From the human T2T-CHM13v2.0 reference genome, Homo sapiens, in the NCBI RefSeq assembly GCF_009914755.1, contig NC_060929.1: 64,000 nucleotides of DNA; one strand, given 5' to 3'. Positions 1-12,468 of the stretch are shown in pieces. The notes beneath the pieces were generated by a model, which was not told the DNA's origin, made no database searches, and was given only the letters and a program-made list of their open reading frames with translations. The position numbers and the translations under genes were made by a program. Each line of letters starts with the position of its first letter. Within the stretch, counting starts at the first letter, position 1.

Positions 1-850
1 ATGTTTCCTTTTGATTCCCTGTGGCTCTCACCCTGTCCAATATTTAGCAGTCATGTTTGATTAAGGTCACATTTTTCAGAGGTGAAAAAGCGATGAGAAG
101 ATTTCAGGATTAAGTTCAGGATTAAGTTCAGTTAGGTTAGGAAGGAAAATCTTTTCTCCTTGTAAGCCAGAGAATGCCTGACATAGACAAAGCTTCTTAC
201 AGTGTTTCGTTGTTGGGACTGGGGGGCTGAAAGGGTGGCTCTTGCTGGAGCCTGGAAAGCATTATCTCTGATGCCCACCATATCCGTGTCAGTTAGGGAG
301 GATAAATTGTAGGGCAAGAGAGAGGACCAGTGGGGTCAAAAATTAGCATAGATCATACAGAAATGACAGACAGGGATTCAAACTCAAGACAGAGGAAGCT
401 GTTGCTCAGGCCTTGCCAAGTGAGATTAGCTAGCTAATTTCAGCCAACTTATTCTGGGATAGTGGTGGTCAATTGCATTTCCTCTCCTGGATAATGCATG
501 TACTTTTGACAAGAACCTTCAAAGCTTTTGAAAAAGATCTTCAGTGTTCATCACACAATGATCGTTGGAACTCTGTTCTAGGAGCTATTAATAGACTTAA
601 CTATGAAAAAAGAAGTTCTATGGTCAAATAACTAGGAAATGCTTAACATGATGGAGCCCTTTGTGAACAATTATGACACACATTCGCATGTTGCAGGCTC
701 TGGGCAGCCTGCAGCTAAGAAAACTATTTAGTTTCGTTTAACTCCAACATGTCCCAGGTTTATGTGCACTTTGAGCACCTTTTACTGTATGCTTAGTAAC
801 ATTTCCTTGAATACCAGCATAGGAAAAAATTGGTTTTAAAAAAGGAAGCA

Positions 851-1155
851 GGCTGAACACGGTGGCTCACACCTGTAATCCCAGCACTTTGGGAAGCCAG
901 GATAGGCAGATCCCTTAAGGTCACGAGTACCAGCCAGCCTGGCCAACATGGTGAAACCCTGTCTCTACTAAAAATACAAAAATTAGCCGGGCGTGGTGGT
1001 GCATGCCTGTAGTCCCAGCTATTTGGGAGGCTAAGGCACAAGAATCACTTGAACCCAGGAGGCGGAGGTTGCAGTGAGCCAAGATCACGCAACTGCACTC
1101 CAGTCTGAGCAACAGAGCGAGATTCCATCTCAAAAAAAAAAAAAAAAAAAAAAAA
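851..1155 (+). mobile_element. Alu (AluS-like), full length
   Basis: Dimeric Alu with A5TACA linker and poly(A); flanked by AAAAAGGAAGCA / AAAAAGAAGCA TSD-like copies. Confidence 0.95.
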
Positions 1156-1590
1156 GAAGCAACTAATGGTGGAAGTAAAGCCACCCTGACATGATAACAA
1201 AAGAGTCATTTTGGGGAAATGACCTCATAACAGCAGTTTCCCCACTCATCCAGAGGTGAGTTGGTGTACTCTCCATGTAGTGACAATAAATATATTTATT
1301 AAATAAATAAATCCTGTGTCCATGATTTCCCCACAACTCCATGTTAGATCCTGTTATCATCCATTAGGTATTGAAGTGCTCTCAGCCAAGGAGCACTCGG
1401 GGGTTAGTTCTAGATTCCGAGGTAATACTACCAGAAACTAGAAAACGAGGAGAAACAGGTGTCTGAAAAGAGAATCAGAACAGAGAACAGAATCTGATGC
1501 AAGGAACTGAAGAAAAGCAAGCTGCAAAACTGACATCTCTTGCACTGCCTCCACTCACTATCTGACTATGTAGACAGAAACATCTAGGTT

Positions 1591-1634
1591 TTAGGTTGGT
1601 GCAAAAGTAATTGCGGTTTTTGCCATTAAAAGTA
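1591..1634. mobile_element. MADE1 (Hsmar1 MITE) half element: one TIR plus spacer
   Basis: TTAGGTTGGTGCAAAAGTAATTGCGGTTTTTGCCATTAAAAGTA matches the MADE1/Hsmar1 TIR. Confidence 0.93.
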
Positions 1635-2437
1635 TATTTAAGAATTAACATCCCTAATGAAAGGTACTTGAAGTTTAAGCCACTCTAAATACTAATAAGA
1701 TACATAGTGTTTGCACATAGAAGGATAGAAAAGCAGGCAATGAGAAAAACTTCTTTGCTGCATATAACTGTCAGTAAATGTGGAAGCTTAGTGGTTCGGA
1801 ATCTAATAGTTGAGACCAGTTTTCAAAACCACTCCCAATTTCAGGGCGCAGAATGTCTTAGTAACACCCACAAGTTTCATCTAACGAATATGACTAAAGC
1901 CAGAAAGCAGCCCTGAGGTTTTTCCGCAGAGAGTCAGCCCTGCCTGGGTCATACATGCCCCTATGCAAAGTGGGCCCAGCAGCTGTCCCCTCCTGGTGCT
2001 CGCCCTGCGGGGGAGCAGAGCCAGGGTGGAAACCTGCTATGGGCAGAATGAGGCTGCGCTGGGCTGGAATGAGCCACTCCCTTAGAGAATCTAAATGAGG
2101 ATAAAGAATTTCTGAACCAGCTAGGAGCCAAAACCCATCCAAGAATAGAAGTGGAAGGGACTCAAGCTTTTTAAGTTTCTTCCACAGCAATCCAGATTCC
2201 AACATTGTTTCTAAGGAGGCTTTTGTTTCCCTGGAGAACTCTAGTTTCAAAGTGGACTTTCTTGCACAAAGAGAGCTTCAATAAAATTGGTTGTGTGAGT
2301 GAGTGTTAAGTGTGAATTCAAAGAAGAATATTAGGCTGGGTCTCAGGCATACGTTACTACTACACTATGTATCGTATTAGTAATCAGAGTGGCTTAAACT
2401 TCAAGTACCTTTCATTCGGGATGTTAATTCTTAAACA

Positions 2438-2481
2438 TACTTTTAATGGCAAAAACTGCAATTACTTTTGCACCAACCTAA
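2438..2481. mobile_element. MADE1 half element, inverted copy
   Basis: TACTTTTAATGGCAAAAACTGCAATTACTTTTGCACCAACCTAA followed by TA. Confidence 0.93.
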
Positions 2482-2589
2482 TACCTAGATGTTTCTGTCT
2501 ACATCTCAGAAGCCAGAGGTGCCTCTTGAGAACACTGAGGTACCCTGACAAGGACCACATCCAGACAGGAAGAGCACACAGCACAGTGG

Positions 2590-2890
2590 CTGTGAGCGTG
2601 GGTTTTCCATGAGATAGACCTCAGTTAGAATCTCAGCCTCAACACTTACTAGCCATGCAGTCAGGGGAAATCTTGCTGTATGATCCTGCTGAGCCTTGGT
2701 TTCCTTAACTGTAGAGAGACTAAGAATCTCTAACTTACTTGGGGATTCAATGCAATAATATGTATCACAGGCCAGGCACGGTGGCTCACGCCTGTAATCC
2801 CAGCACTTTGGGAGGCTGAGGTGAGTGGATTGCTTGAGCCCAGGAGTTTGACCACCCTAGCAACATGGTGAAACGCCATCTCTACCAAAA

Positions 2891-2931
<41 letters not shown>

Positions 2932-3157
2932 AGGCAGGCATGGTGGCACTTGCCTGTAGTCCCAGCTACTCGGGGGCCTGAGGTGGGAGGATCACCTGAA
3001 CTTTGAAATTTGAGGCTGCTGTGAGCCAAGACGGTACCACTACACTCCAGTCTGGGAGACAGGAGTGAGACCCTGTCTCAAATAATTATAATAATACATG
3101 TAATATTTAGCATTTTACCTGGCATATCATAAGTACTTGATATATTGTAGTCATTAT
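2590..3157 (+). mobile_element. MIR interrupted by Alu
   Basis: MIR-like 'gaatctcagcctcaacacttactagc...ccttggtttcctta' before the Alu and 'cctggcatatcataagtacttgata' after it. Confidence 0.65.
2770..3082 (+). mobile_element. AluJ-like with (CA)n grown from the middle A-rich linker
   Basis: Alu dimer with J-type 'ttgcttgagcccaggagttt'; (CA)n at about 2894-2930. Confidence 0.92.
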
Positions 3158-5689
3158 AAAGGTCAAATTTCTCTCCAGGACTGGGTTAGAAAATATGAGG
3201 AAAATAGATAAGTTCATAGAACTAATTAGGAAAGAGAGAAAGTTAAACTCTCCTATGACTTGATAAAATGTCTGTAGAAAAAGACAATTTCAGCAGGGTT
3301 GCATCAGATAAATTGAACCCATCCCCTGCCACATTTGTCCCTCGGCCTTTATATCCTCAGCATGACATTGAACTGATAGGACCAGAAGGTACTGGGAGAA
3401 ATGTAAAGATGGGATGTGACTGAATTTGGGGTGGGTGATTTGCTTCGCAGGAATTCTTTGGTTTTTGGAGAAGAGGGCCAAACTGTGATTTTGTCATGAA
3501 GCTGTCATGAAACTGGCATTTTATGATCATTTTTAAACTTCCATTATAGTTTTAAATAAGTTCCTGGCAGTCTTCAACTTTTACAAAGTCTTCCTGGAAA
3601 CAGGGTCAGAAAACGAAAAGGGTGAAGCCAAATCCCTTTCCCCTGACATTTGCTGTGCTACAAAACAGACCGGGGTCCCTCTCAAAGCTGGCTGCCCTTC
3701 ACTTCCCAGTTCCCCTGATTCCTGTGTGCCATTCAGACACCCCACTGCAGTGCTTTCAGCCCACAGGATAGAAAGGAAAAGCTCATGGCTATTGCTATAA
3801 AGCACAGTTATAAGATCAATGGAACGGTTTTGAATGCATTTGCTTTCTAATGGGAATTTTTACAAGAGGGAAATAAAAGAGAAATTAGTTCAAATTTCCC
3901 TAGACAGATGTCTTAAAGAAATCTGAGCCTTCCAAAATGCTACCAAAAAGCTTTTCTAAATTCTGCAAACGAAGCAAAATTGTTGTTAGTTAAATGCATA
4001 ATGTTTATTATCACCAGCATATTAGTTTCAGAGCAAATTTACACCACAGTGGAGTTGTATTTTCATGTACTATGAGTATATTTTGTCAATCGTTAGGGTC
4101 CCTGCTAAAATCAAAGTAACAATATAGTAGGCCCATTTTAAAGAAGCTAGAAAACAGTTTTACTATTTTTTTATTGGTTTAGAAACTTGTGCTGTTGTGT
4201 TTTTTCTTTAATGATATCATTAAGTATCTGGCCAAATATCCCTGTCCAAGGAATTCAATCTTTAATTATTACATTATTTCCATGGGAATAAACACTGTCA
4301 CTGAGTGTTACAACTTAGTTTCTAAAAGTACCTGGTGGCCAGAAGCCTGCTAGCCTCAGAGATATTTCCACAAGTTTAGCAGGGTCCAAACTAACTGAGT
4401 TACATCAGCTATTTATTGAAAGAGTCCCACCAAAATCTGATAAAAGGCCCATAAAGGAATCAGAATGTTTGCTTATTTGTCTGTTTAAAGTAGTGTCAGA
4501 GTAATAGATCAATACAAAATAGGGGCCGCCTATATTGTTCAAAGGAATAGTATATGAAAAAATGCTATTCTTGATCAAAGTACACCCCTAACATGATAAC
4601 ACATAAGAGAATCTGGAATTCTGAAACTATAAGAAATGGGGAGAGATAGGAAGTAAGCACAAAATAAGGAGAAACCATCAATAATCAGCTTTAGTTTAGC
4701 TGATCATTGAATGACAATATTTACTATAGTGTTTCCTGCCTTTGCTAGTTTAACCACATGTTCTGTTTTCCAATTCAAGATCAGGGCATTTTTACATTCA
4801 CTTTAGGGAAATCATATGTCAAGAAACATTTACTTCTATATCCCAAAACATTCAGATTTCATGGTAAAAATTAACGTATATGACGTACATTTAGACAACA
4901 GCTACTGGTTGCCCCCTCCAAAAAAAGTCAAGGTGCCACAAAGACTGAGCTCTTGATGTGAGGAAAACAGTCATTATAAGCAGTCCTGTGGTCCCTGAGA
5001 AAAAGGATTCCTTCACTCTCTGAAGAGGGATTTATTTATACAGCATGAACAACTATCTGCTGAATTTTAATTCTGTCCTTTCTCAGAAATAAGTTTGGGC
5101 TCTGCTTTTAAAAACAAGCCCAGGAAATAACAGTTTTCAGGGGCCTGAAATCAGAAGTCTGCAGACTGCTGGCAGGAATGTTCAATATTCATATTCATTC
5201 TACAATCGACCTCATGTACCAGAAGGCTTTTCCTCAACTTGAAATCTCAGTGGTCCCTCAAACAAGTCTCAGCATGTGTTTGCCTCACACGTGACACTAA
5301 CTCTTACTTTTGGACTGAAACAAAAGCCAAAGGTGAATCCTGGTGACTGTCAACACTCCAGGAATGACCCAGCATTGATTATGGGCTTCTTGGAGAAATT
5401 CAGACAAATATGAGAAAACAAATAGGGGTGGAGCCAGAATTTAGGGTGGTGGGGCACTGAGAAACTTTTTTTCTCATTTGCATATTTTCCATTATTGTTG
5501 TAACACATGCTTCATTCACAGGGTATGTGACAATCCAGAAGGACACCACTCTCCAGGATGACCTGTGTCTGAGCATAGAGTTTCAGAGACCAGGCCATTC
5601 ACTTGGCACAGTTACCAAGAATGGTCTTTTGGAGTTTTTCAGAATGGTTGGAGTTTCTCAGAGATACGTCCTCATTGTTTGATTTTCTT

Positions 5690-6635
5690 ACATAATATGT
5701 ACTCCCTTGGTAATCACATCCGCATTTTTAATTATTAACTATATTCAAATCCTCTGGCCCCTCCACTGAGCACCAACGCTATATAGCCAACTCTTGTGGA
5801 CATCCCCACTGCTGGTCCTACAGCCCATCACATTCAGCAATGCTCGCATCATCCCCCCTTTTCCCAAACCACTCCCCTTCCTGTCTGCTGCCTCAGCAAA
5901 TAGCACTTCCATCCAGCAAAGCTCCTCAGCCAGACACCTGACTTTCTCTCCCTCACAACCACCCATGACCAAGCCTGTCAATTTCACCTCCTATTAATAA
6001 TTTCCCCTGAACCAGTCCACTCCCCTCCATCTCTATCACCACCATCCTGGGGGAGGAGACCACTACCATCTCAAACCTATGTTACACACAGTCTTCCTAA
6101 CTGAAATGCTGAGCATCTTCTAAAGCACTAGAACTTTCAAAGGCTCAATCCTACCTTTCTCACCCTCCTGCTCAAAACCTACTCCCACTGCCATTGTTCT
6201 AAACAAAACTCTTTTATGTGGCATGAAAGGCATTTCTTGATCTATCTCTTTTATCTCGAAAATCTCATCCCTTGCACTCCATAATCTAGTCATGCTACAA
6301 CCTGGTCACTGTATTTTGATTACCTGTTTTAATTTTGGTTTTTGTTTGTTTGTTTGTTTTTCAGAGACACTGTCTTGCTATGTTACCCAGGCTGGAGTGC
6401 AGTGGCTATTCTCAATTATGATCATAGTGCACCATGGCCTCAAATTTCTGGGCTAAAGCCATCCTCCCACCTCAGCTCCAAGGACTACAGGCTCACACCA
6501 CAACACCTGGTCCTCTGTTTACTTCTCTTTTTCCCCTACTAGGTTATAAACTCCTCCAAGGCAAGGATTTAGTCCTGCTCACAGTTGTAACATAACACCT
6601 AGCTCAGTGCCTGCACATAGCAGATGTTCAATCAT
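5690..6635 (+). mobile_element. L2 3' portion, interrupted by FAM
   Basis: L2-like 'ccaactcttgtggacatcccc' and 3' end 'ctcagtgcctgcacatagcagatgttcaat'. Confidence 0.7.
6333..6511 (-). mobile_element. FAM (fossil Alu monomer)
   Basis: Monomer with the 7SL-derived 'gcagtggctattc...atcatagtgcac' segment and a (TTTG)n tail. Confidence 0.8.
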
Positions 6636-7164
6636 TAAACTAAAATTTATTTCTCTCATAATTTTTTGTTAAGTTTTGGTGGTTCCAATTGAAAAAAAGA
6701 CAACATGAATGAACATTAACAAATAAATAAAAAGCTCAGATGCGTGAGACCTGCCTGCATCCTTATAATAAAAGTTGTATTTCCTTCAAGTAATTTTTTC
6801 CTGTTTTACGTGAGGAATTAAATATATCAATGTGTCATAGTGTTCGAAAAGGAGAACTTTGCCCTTCAGGTAATACAACACCTAAAAAAGTTTTATGTCA
6901 TTTGTATTAGAAAATGTCACATTCCTAGGCTGCTTAGATACTCAGGATTCATTAGCTATTTCTCATTGCAAGTGCCAGAAAAGTGCCAGAAATCCAACTC
7001 AATTAACTTAGACACTCCACCCTCACAAAAACGATAATCGGTTCATGTAATCCAAGAAAAGATTGAAAAACCAATACACAGAAAGGACAGTCATGCATTT
7101 AGGTCTCAGAAAGGACTCAAAACCAAGATTCAAAAGCTATCAGACTCACTGTGACTCTTCTCTC

Positions 7165-7195
<31 letters not shown>

Positions 7196-7250
7196 CATAC
7201 TCTCACTAGTTCTCTCCACTCCATATGATGAGAAAAAAAAAATGCAACAC

Positions 7251-7728
7251 AGTATTATTTTCTAGGGCTGCTATAACAACACACTAAAAACGAGTTGTCT
7301 TAAAACAACAGAAATCTATTGTCTTACAATTCTGGAGGTTAGAAGTCCAAGCTCAAGGAGTTGGCAGGGCACACCCACTCAGAGGACTGTCGGGGAGAAT
7401 CCTTTCTGGCCTCTCCCAGCTTCCCATGTTTGCGGGCAATCCTTGACAGCCAGTGGCTTTTAGATGCGTCACTCCAGTCACATCACCATCTCCTCCCTGT
7501 ATCTCTTCGCATGGTCTTCCTTCTGTGTGTGTCTGTCTCTGAGTCTAAATTTCCCTTTTTTATTATATAAGGACATCAGTCCTATTGATTAGGGCCTACT
7601 CTAATGACCTCATTGTAACTTGATTACATGTATAAACACCCTATTTCCAAATAAGGTCACATTCTGAGGTACTGGGGGCTAGGACTTCAACATACCTTTT
7701 TGCAGGAGACATAATTCAACTACAACAA
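7251..7728 (-). mobile_element. MaLR LTR (MLT1C/D-like)
   Basis: 'ctagggctgctataacaa...ttctggaggttagaagtccaag...ggtcacattctgaggtactgggg...aattcaac'. Confidence 0.85.
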
Positions 7729-8390
7729 CGAATAACAACAGTTTCCAATATTTGCATCTAAAGTCTCCCCTACCAGAGGAAAAGTCTAGAAGTCCTTGAC
7801 CTGGTTTGTGTGGTGTCCCCAACCCCTGGGCCAAACAACAGAGATGGGGGCAGCAGAGATCTATAAGAACACGATTGTTTCTGTAGTAGTCATATAGATG
7901 GGGAAAGTGGTACTATGGAACAGCTATGCTCACATCTGCTTCCCTTCTAGAGACAAGGAGATGGGTTAATGTTAGAGGGTAAAAAAAAGATACAGACACT
8001 CAGCAGAGTGACAGGTAAACATTCACAAGGAGAGGAGTGTTAGGAAAAAGATCAGGAAAGGAGTGTGTGCCATGACATATCAAATGTCTTCTTTAATATT
8101 GTAAGTGGGAAACAAAGCAAAGCGTTTGTTCAGTTTACTGCTGCTACAAATGAGAGATGCATTATTTTTCTTTTTCAGGGGTTATGGTCAACCCAATTTT
8201 CTCCCTACGTACAGCATTCCATTACATATATTTTGCTCCTAACTTATTTTATATTCCGGAGGTGAAAGCATATAATAACAAATCAGTAAAAACTGTGGCG
8301 ACATTTTGGCACCAGAAATAAAGTTCTTTTTTAACATTATGAACTATGGCTAAACCAGGACAAAGGTGACTCAAAATTTCCTTAACTTAA

Positions 8391-8572
8391 GCTGGGTATG
8401 GTAGCACCTGCCTGTATTCTCAGCTACTCAGGAGGCTGAGGCAAGAGGAGAGGATGGCTTGAAGCCAGGAGTTCTAGGCCAGAGTGCACTGTGATCACAC
8501 CTGTGAAGAGCCACTGCACTCCTAGGCAGCAAAGCAAGGCCCTGTCTTTAAAAAAAAAAAAAAAAAAAAAAA
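8391..8572 (+). mobile_element. FAM monomer
   Basis: 'gatcacacctgtgaagagccactgcactcc' plus poly(A); TSD AAAATTTCCTT(A/T)ACTTAA. Confidence 0.8.
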
Positions 8573-8631
8573 AGTTAAAAAAATTTCCTTTACTTAAAGG
8601 TTTGCATGATGACTATTTAGACATACATTGA

Positions 8632-8938
8632 AGCCAAGTGTGGAGGCTCACATCTGTAATCCCAGCATTTTGGGAGGTGGGGCAGGAGGATTGCTTGAGG
8701 CCAAAAGTTCATGACCAGCCTGGGCAACATAGCAAAATCCTGTCTCTACAAAAATTTTTAAAATTAGCTGGGCCTGGTGGCATGCGCCTGTAGTCCTAGC
8801 TGCTTGGGAGGTTAAGGCAGCAGGATCGCTTGAGCCCAGGAGTTTGAGGCTGCAGTGAGCTATGATTATGCAGCCTGAGTGACAGAGCAAGACCTTGTCT
8901 TTAGAAAAAATAAAAGTAAAAATAAAATAAAAATAAAA
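8632..8938 (+). mobile_element. AluJ-like
   Basis: Diverged Alu dimer with (TAAAA)n tail. Confidence 0.9.
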
Positions 8939-9245
8939 ACATACATTGCAATTGTTCTAATTGTCAAATTTATTTGCTCCAAAATAAAACTGGGCAGGTC
9001 TATTTTGGATACCATTTAAACTCCACCATTAGAGAAACTGTGTTTTAAAGTATTTTTTAATTATAGAAAAAAAATTTGTTAATTTATAGACATTTTGGAA
9101 AAATCTATGAAAGACTGTTTAAAAAATAAAAGTCACCTATAATCCCATCACTAATTACCGTTAACATTTCAATATCTTAGTTGTTTTCTCTATTTACATA
9201 AGTACATTTTTAAAAACTTTACAGAGTTAGATTTATATTATACGG

Positions 9246-9544
9246 TTTTTGTTTTTTGTTTTTTTGAGACAGGGTCTCACTCTGTCACCCAGGCTGGAGT
9301 GCAGTGGCATGAACATGGCTCTCACTGCACCTCTGCCTCCTGGGCTCAAGGGATCCTTCCACCTCAGCCTCTCCAGTAACTGGAACCACAGGCATGAGCC
9401 ATCACACCCGGCTAATTTTTGTATCATTTTGGTAAGGTTCTGCCATGTTGCCCAGGCTGGTCTCCAACTTTTGGGCTCAAGCAATCCTCTTGCCTAGACT
9501 CCCAAATTGCTGGGATTACAGACATGAGCCGCTGCACCCAGCCA
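9246..9544 (-). mobile_element. AluJ-like
   Basis: Antisense Alu dimer, T-rich tail at left. Confidence 0.9.
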
Positions 9545-9948
9545 GATACATATTAAACAGTCTTATGTCCTCATTTTTTCATTTTATATTTTGGAAATAC
9601 CATGTTTAATCACAGCATAATATTCTACGGTATGCCATAATTCATATAAACACTATTTTATTGTTGGACATGTAGGTTGCTTATTTTTTTATTATAAGGA
9701 TGTTCCAAATATATATATGCACAGTTTTATTGTAAGCATAGCTAATCACCCCTAAAAGAGATGCAAAGCTTTCGGCCATCACTAAGCAAATTTCAATTTA
9801 TTCTATACAATCTGCCTCTAAAATGAGATAAAATATCAATCATCACAAGAAATATACCAAAATGCATACATACAATTAACAAACATATCTAATTCCTAAT
9901 TACAAATTGTCTCATATATAGAAAAGCACAGTATTCAAGTTCCTTGAG

Positions 9949-10610
9949 GGCAGGCACAGTGGCTCACACCTAGAATGCCAGAACTGTGGGAGACCAACGT
10001 GGGAGGATCGCTTGAGGCTGTTACAGTAAGTAGCTAGTCAGACATGGGTGGAGAAGGGCAGGGCAGGAGAGGGGAGGAGTGGGCAGGAGAGGGAAGGAAT
10101 GGGCAGGAGAGGGTTCCCCCATCCCCAACCCAGGAGTCTTGGGCGGGCGAGGGGGTTGTTAACTGTCTCTCTAAAGTAATAATTGGTCCCAGCCGGTGCT
10201 AGGGAAAGGCAGGCTCCCAATAAATAGAAAACACCTGAAACTGATCAACTTCTGGATAAGCTTTCAGGAGTGGGGAGAAGTAACCCAAGATCCTGGAAGT
10301 ATGCCGACGTATAAAACCCCAAATCAAAAGGTCAAACCACACACTTGTCTTTCAGGTCGCCCACTTGGCCCTCTTCCAAGTATATTTTCCTCCCTTTCAT
10401 TCCTGCTCTAAAGCTTTTTAATAAACTTTCACTTCTGCTCTAAAACTTGCCTCAGTATCTCCTTCTGCCTTCTGCCCATCAGTTGAATTCTTTCTTCTGA
10501 GGAAACAAGAATTGAGGTTGCTGCAGACCTGTGGGATTTGCCGCTGGTAACAAGGCCAGGAGTTCCAGACTAGCCCAGAAAAGGTGGTGAGATCCTGCCT
10601 CTAAAGAAAA
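9949..10610 (+). mobile_element. FLAM/Alu left monomer split by an LTR (9949-10018 and 10553-10610)
   Basis: 'ggatcgcttgaggc' resumes as 'aggccaggagttccagactagcc' after the LTR. Confidence 0.85.
10019..10552 (+). mobile_element. ERV1 solo LTR (MER4 group, MER50/MER83/MER84-like)
   Basis: TG...CA ends (TGTTAC / GTAACA), 4-bp TSD AGGC, TATAAAA at about 10310, AATAAA at about 10420. Confidence 0.88.
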
Positions 10611-11641
10611 GAGGGGGAAAAAAGTGTCTTGAACTCTCTTCAGATCTTTTGGAAAACTTATCCCTTGCTAATAAATATTTGTAGAGTCAGAAAGAGGAGA
10701 TGGCATTAATTTCTGCATTGATGTTTATATTTTGGTGGTATATGGTCGTGTCAAAGGGCTACATATTCCACCTCTGCTCCAGAGCTGCTTATCCAAGTTC
10801 TCTGGGATATAGCTGGTATAACTAGGAATTATGTCCCTAGAAAGACGCAACCCTGCAGCAGCTAGAATTAGTGCAATTTAGTGAGAAGAGCATAGGACTT
10901 TCTCTACATCTGGGTTCAAATTTCAATGCCAGCACTTCTGGGAGCAAGTCTTTGGGTAACTCAGTGTTTGTGAGTCAATCTACTATTTCTAAAATAGGGA
11001 AGGAGACAGGTGAACATTCATTGAATACAGAGGCTTTACACAAGCGATCTCGTTTAACTCTCACTAAAAAATGACTGATCCTTTTAAAAATAAGAAAACA
11101 GGCTCGGACTGGGTAAGTAATTACTCAAGACTGCTAAGGAGGCAAGGCAGGATTTAATTCCAGATCTGTCTAGCCCTAAAGCTCACATTCCCTGCCCCAC
11201 TTGACATGTTGCTTCCTGGACTCACTTGGATTGTGGAGAAATTAGTTGGATTTGAACGTCTCCTCTAACGTAGTGAGCACAGTTTTCATTCCTGTAGCAG
11301 TTTTTGTATTATAGTCTGTTAGGATAGAGGGTTGGGACCAGGGCCAGAAATAGGTTAAGGCAAGCGAAACACTAACCTCAGGCAGAAAATGTAAGGGCCG
11401 TCGGGGGGAGCACAAAAACTCAGTCGTCAAGATAAATAATATTTTAATATAATATTTTTTAAAATCTAAATTAATGCAAAAATCCATGAAGAACAAAATA
11501 ACATTTTAAATGAAAACAAGAACTGATAGTGCCGTGTTAAGCCATATTGGAGCCTACAACAGAAAAACATACAACCCTATTCACATGTTTTTTATGTATT
11601 TTTGATGTTTAATTATGATAAATGCTATGTATTAATACCTT

Positions 11642-12017
<376 letters not shown>

Positions 12018-12170
12018 CTAGTTTTAAAATATTGAAAAAATTGAAAAGTAGCTATATTAAAACTCACATTAAGTATTTGATTTATACCAAAATCAGAATT
12101 TATTATAAATTTATTTTGCTGGTTTTAATGGAAGCAAACTCATAGGTGATATTTTTATCTAAGTCAATAA

Positions 12171-12468
<298 letters not shown>

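Larger units (their letters stand above)
1568..2504. repeat. Long inverted repeat, 143-bp arms (1568-1710 and 2362-2504), 651-bp spacer
   Basis: Manual reverse-complement alignment is ungapped with 7 mismatches in 143 nt. Confidence 0.95.

Noticed and set aside
104-131. 12-bp tandem TTCAGGATTAAG (also a 28-bp AT-rich tandem near 29243-29310 and a short repeat near 19530)
   Set aside because: Ordinary slippage duplications with no spacer structure; not CRISPR-like.
1894-2250. 118-aa minus-strand ORF and a CTCF-like motif (CCCTGCGGGGGAGC) in the inverted-repeat spacer
   Set aside because: The ORF has no true ATG start at that position and no recognisable domain; the motif misses key CTCF core positions.
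1591-2481. An intact 891-bp non-autonomous Hsmar1 element bounded by the two TIRs
   Set aside because: Inverted symmetry continues 23 nt outside the TIRs and the interior has no transposase similarity, so an inverted duplication explains it better.
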